IMG/VR virus record: IMGVR_UViG_3300016476_000374
Location: 1-28,679 of that record
From: a virus
Lineage: Duplodnaviria > Caudoviricetes
DNA length: 28,679 bases
Reading direction: 5' to 3' (one strand)
The position numbers and the translations under genes were made by a program. Under the pieces are notes generated by a model that saw only the letters and a program-made list of their open reading frames with translations, searched no databases and was not told the origin of the DNA. Position 1 is the first letter of the stretch; the number at the start of each line of letters is the position of its first letter. Positions 18,566 through 25,601 of this stretch are shown piece by piece.

Positions 18566-18900
18566 GCTGCACCGCCCTGCCGAGGACTATATCGGTTTCC
18601 TTGAGGCTCCTTTGCGACTAGCTAAGGCGTCAGATCTGGAATGCAGCCGGCAAGATGCAAACAACGTTATGGCATTGAAAGAATGTAGGCTCTGAGAAAA
18701 AGCAACCTACAAGTTGGTATAATCAAACTCCACTAGATTATACTGGCTTCCGAGCGAATACAAGTGACGGTAGTGTATGGGGAGAGAAGGCGCTCTGCTT
18801 CCTAACAGCACCCGGGTTGGAGATGGCGAAGCTCATCGTGATGACGCTTTTCTTTTTTATTCACCCTGCAAAGGGTGAATTATGACTCCACTATCGTGAT
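18516..18900 (+). ncRNA. Candidate structured non-coding RNA of unknown family
   Basis: No ORF; 57 of 100 bases GC in 18561-18660; stems 18566-71/18642-47, 18580-83/18592-95, 18684-89/18706-11, 18711-24/18736-49 (three G-U pairs), 18859-67/18872-80 (GCAA tetraloop). Ends uncertain. Confidence 0.6.
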
Positions 18901-18930
18901 AACTTCTTAATAATTAAATCATTAAAAAAA

Positions 18931-18999
18931 TATCTTACAAATGAATGAACTGAGTGTAACGAAGTGAATGAATGCAGTAAGATAAGACACGAAGTGTCT
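18931..18999 (+). other. Two hairpins with ssDNA-type features (tandem G.A pairs, GNA triloops)
   Basis: TATCTTAC/GTAAGATA closing a stem with three GA/GA steps and a GTA loop; AGACAC-GAA-GTGTCT. Confidence 0.65.
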
Positions 19000-19018
19000 G
19001 TTATAGTAGACTAAGTGA

Positions 19019-19252
19019 TTACATCCATTCCGTAGGTGTTTGCCCTGACTTAAGTTTATTGTAGTCATTTAGGACTTTAACTGCCATTTCTCTTTCTGAA
19101 TGGCTCATATGCCAGACTTCACTCCATGAGAAAGCCCCGTTACTGTATATAACGAGTTCTGTTAGGTTTTTCTGAAGTTCTGATGCTCCCTTTTTCAGTG
19201 ACCCCAAGTATGCAACGATGTCTTGGGGTTCAGCTGATGCTAGGAAGCTGTG
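19019..19252 (-). CDS. gp51-like segment, probably the -1 frameshift extension of the gp26-like gene
   Basis: FSWSEVWHMSHSEREM resembles gp51/tail-chaperone T-segments; frame open from the slippery site to the stop; the only start is an SD-less TTG at 19207. Confidence 0.65.
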   Translation of the reverse strand, partial: HSFLASAEPQDIVAYLGSLKKGASELQKNLTELVIYSNGAFSWSEVWHMSHSEREMAVKVLNDYNKLKSGQTPTEWM

Positions 19253-20091
19253 AAAAAATTTACTGGGTCAAAGCCAACCTCCTGCTCGAATGTTCCGTGT
19301 TCATCACATTCTAACTGGACTTTCTTATTGACGCCAATCTTACTGATCTTTTCGATAGTCTTTTCGATTTCTTTACCAATGCTGGCTTCGCAGTTTTCTA
19401 GGAACTCACGGATCTGAGCAGGATCAGTTACTACGAAATCGTCACCTTCTTCATTGTTACCGCGGATACTTGCAACAGCATCTACAGTAAGGTCAAAGTT
19501 AACACTAGCCATACGTACAAAGCTATTGTTAAATGCTTTTAGCTGTTCCATTTCATCTTCAATGGAAGCTAGACTTTGTAAGCTACGAGTGCTTTGGAAG
19601 TTAGCAATACCTGCTTTAATAGTGCTTTCGTAGCTGAATGGTTTAACTTCGATAGCCAAACCTGAAGCAGTTTCAAACGAATACGATTCTTCTAGTGTGT
19701 TCATTGTTTCTAGTGCGCCCTCGACACTAGCGATGCCAGTGCATTCTTCACCGCATGTAGGACACTTGCCTTTTACTTCAATATCGTCGCCGTAAGTAGC
19801 ACCTTGAATAGCTACTAGTAGTGTGTCGATATCGCTGCTTAACATTCTTCTAGGCTTGCGTACTGCCGGTACACAGCTTTTGATAATTTGTGAAACTGCT
19901 TCACCGTTTAGTAGTGCGTCAGGATTTTTAAGAATTGCTTCATCCTTTGCGGTGAGCGCAAATACAGCAACTTCACGTGACTCACTAAGTTCGACGATAT
20001 CGTCGGTATAAAATTTACCGCCACTAGGAAGTTTAGTGTACAGTTTTGGTGCTCTGAAATAACCACTTAAAGGATTATTTGTCTTTGGCAT
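19240..20091 (-). CDS. Baseplate hub assembly protein, T4 gp26-like
   Basis: KLPSGGKFY, LTAKDEAILKNPDALLNG, DIDTLLVAIQGATYG, CPTCG and C-terminal CDEH..NFF; AGGAG SD. Confidence 0.82.
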   Translation of the reverse strand: MPKTNNPLSGYFRAPKLYTKLPSGGKFYTDDIVELSESREVAVFALTAKDEAILKNPDALLNGEAVSQIIKSCVPAVRKPRRMLSSDIDTLLVAIQGATYGDDIEVKGKCPTCGEECTGIASVEGALETMNTLEESYSFETASGLAIEVKPFSYESTIKAGIANFQSTRSLQSLASIEDEMEQLKAFNNSFVRMASVNFDLTVDAVASIRGNNEEGDDFVVTDPAQIREFLENCEASIGKEIEKTIEKISKIGVNKKVQLECDEHGTFEQEVGFDPVNFFTAS

Positions 20092-20115
20092 ATTAAAACT
20101 CCTGTTAATCGAGTA

Positions 20116-20123
20116 GATAAATA
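20116..20123 (+). promoter_or_regulatory. Late promoter GATAAATA for the tape measure gene
   Basis: Octamer in the intergenic gap, oriented toward ATG 20191. Confidence 0.6.
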
Positions 20124-20150
20124 TAATTAGGATAGATATCCGCTACTTGT

Positions 20151-20158
20151 TATTTATC
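20151..20158 (-). promoter_or_regulatory. Late promoter GATAAATA for the gp26-like gene
   Basis: TATTTATC on the plus strand, oriented toward ATG 20091. Confidence 0.6.
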
Positions 20159-20190
20159 GCCAAAAAAACTGTATATAATGGAAATTTTGA

Positions 20191-23100
20191 ATGCCGCATA
20201 AAATTACCCTTGTTGACAAAGACGGGAATCAATCGGAAGTAACACTTCCTGATTTCGCTTTGGATAAGACACAAGAGCAAATGCTTAAAAATCTTCAAAG
20301 TTTAGTTAAGGCTAATCCTAAAGCACAGAAAGCATATGAAGATCTTATTGATGCAACTAAGGATGCAGTAAAAGCAACAGAAAGTGCGGATAAGAATCAA
20401 AAGAAGTCAGCGGAAGAAATAAGGCTAGCTGTAGAAACAGCAGGCACCAAACAAATGTCTGCTCTTAGACAGTTTAGAACAAACTTCTCAGACCGTGTCG
20501 GTCGAGACATGAGAGATACATTCACCGCCGGCGGCAATATTTTAACAGCCGCCATTAAAACTGCAACTATTGGATTAGCAGCCGGTGCTGGGTTACTATA
20601 CAAAACATTTATGGATACCAGCGATGCGTTTAGACAATTAGCGCAGTCCGGTTTAGGCGGCGCAGGTGCAAGCGGTACAGAAGCGCAAGATGCTGTAGCT
20701 AACCTTACACGATTAGGATTAAGTGCTAGTGAAGCTGCTAGTATGTTAACCAGTTTTGGTAGAGCAAGTGCAGTTTTAGGTAAAGCCAACTTTTCAAAGT
20801 TTGTTTCGGGTATCGCATCATCTAGTACATTTGCTGCTGACCTAGGTTTAACGTTAGAAGAAGCAGCAGAGTTTGCTGCTGAAGAAATTGATATTCGTCA
20901 ACGTGCAATCGCAGGACAAATTCAGCTAAACGAATTCAATAGAATTTCCGTTATGGAAGCTATTGAAGAAACACAACGTTTTGCAGGTGTTATGGGACGT
21001 TCGATGAAGGATATTAATGCTTCAAAGAAATCCTTCATCGAAGATAACTCTAACATCAGCGGATTAATGCTACGTTTAGGCAGAGCTGATGCTGAACGTG
21101 TTACAGCACAAATTAACAGATTTACTGGTGCTGCCGCAGCTATTGGCGGCGATTATGAACGATTAATGCAAGGCTTACTAAACGCCGCTGCTAAACAAGT
21201 TCCTATGCAAGACGCTAACTTGCAAGCAATTGCTACTACTGGTACCGCCGGTATGAATCTTGTTAGCATTGTAGAAAGAATGAGCAGAGATCTCAATGCC
21301 GGCGACTTTAGTAGAGTTAATGAATATGTAAATGAAATTACAAATACTACTGTTTCTGGTGGTAGACAGTTTAACGCTTTACTACGTACACTTGCTGACG
21401 GCGGCAACGAACTAGCTAAAATGATTTTAAACGCTGCTGCTAGTGGTGATCAAGGCAGACAAAAACTAGCAGAAGCACTCAGTGCTACTGCAAGAACTGT
21501 AAACGACCCTATGGTTACTGCGGCTGCAAATTTCCAAAACAGCATTGGTCAAGTAACAGGTGCATTTACTACAATAAGAAATACAGTGCTAGGACAGTTT
21601 GCAGGTCCTTTAAATCAATTAATTACACAGTTAACAAATACTGGGTTAGATTTAGACAAATTAAGTGCTGCTGATAAAGAAGACCTAGAGAACAGAGTTA
21701 AAGCAGTTAGAGAACGTGCCGATTTAACCGAAGATCAAAAGCAAGTTGAAATTCAAAATATTTACAATTCAAAACGCACCCGAACATTTATGGTTGCACT
21801 CAATGACGGGTTAGCAAAAGTAGCTGACTCGTTTATGAAAAAGTTCTTCCCTAACTTAAACAAAGCTGGTGACGGCGTAGGTGGATTTGTTAACATGGTT
21901 ATTGAAACCACAGATAAAATCTTTACAAACATTGCAGCATTTATTGATGGACTTGAGGGTGATACTTTTGCAGAAAAACTAAAAAGTGCTGCTATTGAAA
22001 TGGTAAAGTTTGGCATTGAAATGCTATGGGCAGCTATTAAGGTTACAGCAGTAGCATTCTTTACAAGTGCAGCAGGGTGGGCTACACTGTTAACATTAAT
22101 GGGTACTGCAATGATTGCTTCTCTGGCTAAATCAGCATTTGTTTCATTAATAACAACAGGTATTAGTACATTAATGGGCCGTGCAGGTACTACCGCAGCT
22201 AGTTCAGTAAGTTCAGCTGGCAACACACTAGCCGCAGTAATTCGTAGAGTAGCAGGACAAATTCAAGCAGCAGCAGCCGGACTAGGAGCAGGCGGTCCAT
22301 TAGGAGGCGGCGGACCCATGGGAGGCGGCCGTGGCGGCCGAGGCGGAAGATTTGGTAGGTTTATGCGAGGCATGGGTGGCAAACTTAGCGTAGCTGGCAT
22401 GGCCACTGGACTACTTGGTGGTTTTGCTGCAAACGAACTAGAAGATCGCGGTTACACTAAAACTGCCGCTGGTGTAGACACCCTTACTAATGTAGCAGGT
22501 ATGGCTGGTACTGGTGCTATGATTGGTAGTGTTATACCAGGCGTAGGTACTGCCGTTGGCGCAGCAGTTGGCGGCGCAGCCGGCTTAGGTATGAGTTTAT
22601 ATCAAAACTGGGACACATGGTTTGGTAGTCCTGAAGCTGAAAAAGCTGTTGCAGATAAAGGTCAAGAAGCAATTGAAGGCATGGATGCTGCTGGCATGGC
22701 AGCAATGGCAATGGATCCTAATCATATTAAAGCAGTAAGCCTTGCTTTAAAAGATTTTAATGCAATTTCAGTTGCAAATATTACTGCCGGACTGAACGAA
22801 TTTAATCCTGTATTAACATCATTATTTGAAGTTATACAATCTCTAAAAGTACAGTTTGTTGAAATTGTTAATAATAAGCTAGGTACATTTTTAACTATTA
22901 TTACAGGTCTTAACACACAAGGTGCTATATTACCTACTACAATTGAATATCTAGATGCACTTTCTGCTAAGATAACTGAATTCCCTGTAGATCCAATCGT
23001 AAAATTATCTACAGCATTTAATGCTCTTACATCTGCATTAAAAGATTTTGGTGAGCTAACTACAGATACACGTTTTGGAAGAATGTGGGATGCATTTACT

Positions 23101-23436
23101 GGTAAAGAAGATCAAACAGAAAGCGTTATTAAAGTATTAAACAACTTTGCATCATCTGTTGACTCTGAAAAATTATTAAAAGCTGCACAAGCAACTCAAG
23201 CATACAATGCAGCAATGCAAGGTATGTTAGCTACTCCAGTTGAAACAGAACGTTCAAGTCCTGCTCCGACAACTACAAGAACAGGCGAAAATGCAAGAAC
23301 ACCGGCAGTTACTCCCCAGCAAGTAAATCCATATAGTGAAATGGAAAGATTGTTACGAATGATTGAAAGCTATGCTAGCGAAAGCACTACTGCACTAAGA
23401 AAAATCAGAGACAACACAACCAAAATGGCTGAATAA
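20191..23436 (+). CDS. Putative tape measure protein
   Basis: 1081 aa, Ala/Gly-rich helical character, hydrophobic segments, glycine zipper GAMIGSVIPGVGTAVGAAVGG; adjacent to the gp26/gp51-like chaperone. Confidence 0.72.
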   Translation: MPHKITLVDKDGNQSEVTLPDFALDKTQEQMLKNLQSLVKANPKAQKAYEDLIDATKDAVKATESADKNQKKSAEEIRLAVETAGTKQMSALRQFRTNFSDRVGRDMRDTFTAGGNILTAAIKTATIGLAAGAGLLYKTFMDTSDAFRQLAQSGLGGAGASGTEAQDAVANLTRLGLSASEAASMLTSFGRASAVLGKANFSKFVSGIASSSTFAADLGLTLEEAAEFAAEEIDIRQRAIAGQIQLNEFNRISVMEAIEETQRFAGVMGRSMKDINASKKSFIEDNSNISGLMLRLGRADAERVTAQINRFTGAAAAIGGDYERLMQGLLNAAAKQVPMQDANLQAIATTGTAGMNLVSIVERMSRDLNAGDFSRVNEYVNEITNTTVSGGRQFNALLRTLADGGNELAKMILNAAASGDQGRQKLAEALSATARTVNDPMVTAAANFQNSIGQVTGAFTTIRNTVLGQFAGPLNQLITQLTNTGLDLDKLSAADKEDLENRVKAVRERADLTEDQKQVEIQNIYNSKRTRTFMVALNDGLAKVADSFMKKFFPNLNKAGDGVGGFVNMVIETTDKIFTNIAAFIDGLEGDTFAEKLKSAAIEMVKFGIEMLWAAIKVTAVAFFTSAAGWATLLTLMGTAMIASLAKSAFVSLITTGISTLMGRAGTTAASSVSSAGNTLAAVIRRVAGQIQAAAAGLGAGGPLGGGGPMGGGRGGRGGRFGRFMRGMGGKLSVAGMATGLLGGFAANELEDRGYTKTAAGVDTLTNVAGMAGTGAMIGSVIPGVGTAVGAAVGGAAGLGMSLYQNWDTWFGSPEAEKAVADKGQEAIEGMDAAGMAAMAMDPNHIKAVSLALKDFNAISVANITAGLNEFNPVLTSLFEVIQSLKVQFVEIVNNKLGTFLTIITGLNTQGAILPTTIEYLDALSAKITEFPVDPIVKLSTAFNALTSALKDFGELTTDTRFGRMWDAFTGKEDQTESVIKVLNNFASSVDSEKLLKAAQATQAYNAAMQGMLATPVETERSSPAPTTTRTGENARTPAVTPQQVNPYSEMERLLRMIESYASESTTALRKIRDNTTKMAE

Positions 23437-23460
23437 TTAACTTTTGAATGCTAAGTAAAA

Positions 23461-23468
23461 GATAAATA
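23461..23468 (+). promoter_or_regulatory. Late promoter GATAAATA for the portal gene
   Basis: Octamer about 25 nt upstream of the start. Confidence 0.7.
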
Positions 23469-23492
23469 GTTAATTATTAAAAGAGAGTGTCC

Positions 23493-25220
23493 ATGAGCTG
23501 GAGAAAACATTTTACACCTGTAGATAATACCGGACTGCCGTTAAACGTGCAGCCTAAAACTGGCGGCGGTAGCCACTACGGTATGAGTGCTACTAGCAGA
23601 TATAGCAGTTGGCTCCCAGAAGTTTACGCAGGTTCTCCAAATCGTTTAATGCGTTACATTCAGTATGATCAAATGGATCAGGACTTAGAAATTAACGCTG
23701 CTCTAGATACTATTGCTGAATTTGGTACCCAAGAAGATGAAGGTACAGGCCTTCCAGTTCAAATTGAATATAACGGCACACCTAGCGATACAGAACAAAA
23801 GATTCTGTTAAAGACTCTAACACAGTGGTGTAATCTAAATCAGCTACAAAAACGTGCTTTCCGTATTTTCCGCAGCACTGTAAAGTATGGCGATCAGTTC
23901 TTTGTTCGCGACCCAGAAACATTTGAATTATACTGGGTTGATCCAGCTAACATTGAAAAAGTAATTGTCAATGAAAGCGAAGGCAAAAAGATTGAAGCAT
24001 ACTTCATTAAGAATCTAGATCCAAACATGCAAGAACTTGCTGCTACTAGTGCAGCAGCATTACATGCTCGTCCTTACGGAAGCGGACAAGGATTGACTGG
24101 TGTAATGAGCAGTGTTGCTACTAGTACCAGTAACTATCTAACCGGTGCTATTAGCGGTGTTGATCAAGGTTCTCCTATTGATGCAAAGCATGTTGTTCAT
24201 ATCAGCTTAACAGAAGGTATGGATCAGGCATGGCCATTTGGTGTAAGCATTCTAGAACCTATTTTCAAAGTATTCAAGCAAAAAGAACTACTAGAAGATA
24301 GTATTATCATTTATCGCGTACACCGTGCGCCAGAACGCCGTGTATTCTTTATTGACGTAGGTAACATGCCTCCACATCGCGCTAGACAATATCTAGAGCA
24401 AGTAAAGTATGAAGTACAGCAAAAGCGTGTACCTAATAAAAACGGCAAAGGCGGCAGCGTAGGCGATGCTGCATACAATCCAATGAGTATGCTAGAAGAC
24501 TACTTCTTTGCTCAAACAGCAGATGGCCGTGGTTCAAAGGTTGATACACTACCAGGCGGCGAAAACCTAGGTCAGATTGACGACTTACGTTACTTTAACA
24601 ATAAACTACTACGTGGTTTACGTATTCCATCTAGTTATTTGCCTAGCGGTCCAGAAGATGGCTCTGCAATGTATAACGACGGCAAAGTAGGTATTGCATA
24701 CATTCAAGAATATCGCTTTGCTCGCTATGTAGAACGTTTACAAAAGCAGATCCAAGAAGACTTAGATTTTGAATTTAAGCTATTCCTCAAGCATCGCGGT
24801 ATTGAAATTGACCCTAGCGAGTTTTCCGTTAAGTTTACTCCGCCGATGAACTTCAGCAGTTATAGAGAACTACAACTTGATGCTGAACGTGCTTCATTGT
24901 TCTCACAAGTACAAGGTATTCCATATCTTTCAAATCAGTTTAAACTTAAGAAGTATCTTGGTCTAACTGAAGACGAAATGAAGGAAAACGAAGCACTATG
25001 GCGTGCTGAAAATAATTATGAAAAGTTTGTTGACAATTCTCAGGAACTTAATCTTAAGAACATGGGAATTAGACCAGAACCAGAATCTATGGTAAATACT
25101 GATGTAGAACCAGATTTGAGTAATGTAGAAATTCCGGATACAGGCGAAGCAGCACCTGAAGCAGGTGGTGTAACACCTCCCGGAGGTCCAGTTACTCCTC
25201 CCGGTGGAGCAGCACAATGA
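23493..25220 (+). CDS. Portal vertex protein, T4 gp20-like
   Basis: LLEDSIIIYRVHRAPERRVFFIDVGNMP, MLEDYFF, VDTLPGGENLGQIDD signatures; ATG 23493 (GTG 23487 alternative). Confidence 0.96.
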   Translation: MSWRKHFTPVDNTGLPLNVQPKTGGGSHYGMSATSRYSSWLPEVYAGSPNRLMRYIQYDQMDQDLEINAALDTIAEFGTQEDEGTGLPVQIEYNGTPSDTEQKILLKTLTQWCNLNQLQKRAFRIFRSTVKYGDQFFVRDPETFELYWVDPANIEKVIVNESEGKKIEAYFIKNLDPNMQELAATSAAALHARPYGSGQGLTGVMSSVATSTSNYLTGAISGVDQGSPIDAKHVVHISLTEGMDQAWPFGVSILEPIFKVFKQKELLEDSIIIYRVHRAPERRVFFIDVGNMPPHRARQYLEQVKYEVQQKRVPNKNGKGGSVGDAAYNPMSMLEDYFFAQTADGRGSKVDTLPGGENLGQIDDLRYFNNKLLRGLRIPSSYLPSGPEDGSAMYNDGKVGIAYIQEYRFARYVERLQKQIQEDLDFEFKLFLKHRGIEIDPSEFSVKFTPPMNFSSYRELQLDAERASLFSQVQGIPYLSNQFKLKKYLGLTEDEMKENEALWRAENNYEKFVDNSQELNLKNMGIRPEPESMVNTDVEPDLSNVEIPDTGEAAPEAGGVTPPGGPVTPPGGAAQ

Positions 25221-25417
25221 GATTAGACGAATTTTATAGCCCTGAAGATGATGCTTGGCAGCGCCGCAATAAAGGTGATACTCGCAAGCCAAAACTTACT
25301 TTAGAGCAACTAAACAAACTTAGAAAAGTTAGAGAAATTAAACGTGCTGAAGAAATTGAGCATAATAAGTTTGTACGAGTAATGTACGCTACACCTACAC
25401 AAGAAGCAGGCTTGTAA
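25217..25417 (+). CDS. Small head-module protein
   Basis: 66 aa, ATGA overlap with the portal stop; position matches T4 gp67/68 prohead core genes but no homology recognised. Confidence 0.7.
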   Translation: MRLDEFYSPEDDAWQRRNKGDTRKPKLTLEQLNKLRKVREIKRAEEIEHNKFVRVMYATPTQEAGL

Positions 25418-25468
25418 ACATAAAACAGTATTAAATTACGACAGTCACTGCACTAAATACCTGTTATA

Positions 25469-25508
25469 ACTCAAAAAGACACATTTTGAGTCAAAAAGAC
25501 ACCTTTTT
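25469..25508 (+). repeat. Tandem 17-bp direct repeat with 20-bp period, each unit self-complementary
   Basis: TCAAAAAGACACATTTT (25471-87) and TCAAAAAGACACCTTTT (25491-507). Confidence 0.8.
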
Positions 25509-25529
25509 TACATATAAAACTCCACACAG

Positions 25530-25537
25530 TTATAAGT
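25530..25537 (+). promoter_or_regulatory. Possible late promoter TATAAGTA for the head operon (ACTAAATA at 25452-59 is a second candidate)
   Basis: One mismatch to TATAAATA, followed by a hairpin (25548-73) and AGGAGG SD. Confidence 0.5.
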
Positions 25538-25601
25538 ACTAATGTAAGCAGATAATGGTACTACCGTATCTGCGAGTTAAAAATGACTTTAGGAGGCCAC
25601 A

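Noticed and set aside
18516-18593. Group I intron: the minus strand has GATATAGTCC (S-like) and there is a GACTA/TAGTC pair next to a GIY-YIG gene
   Set aside because: On both strands TAGTC precedes GACTA, the reverse of the P7 order, and no interrupted host gene flanks the region.
18848-18880. Hairpin with T tract as an intrinsic terminator
   Set aside because: The T tract lies 5' of the stem on the plus strand and reads as an A tract 3' of it on the minus strand, so it fits neither direction.
18479-19018. RNase P RNA, tmRNA, tRNA, retron or CRISPR array
   Set aside because: No GAGGAAAGTCC P4 motif, no cloverleaf or tRNA-like ends, no reverse transcriptase in the window, no regular repeat-spacer period.
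15636-22916. Antisense ORFs within gp46, gp26 and the tape measure gene
   Set aside because: Explained by codon bias of the sense genes.
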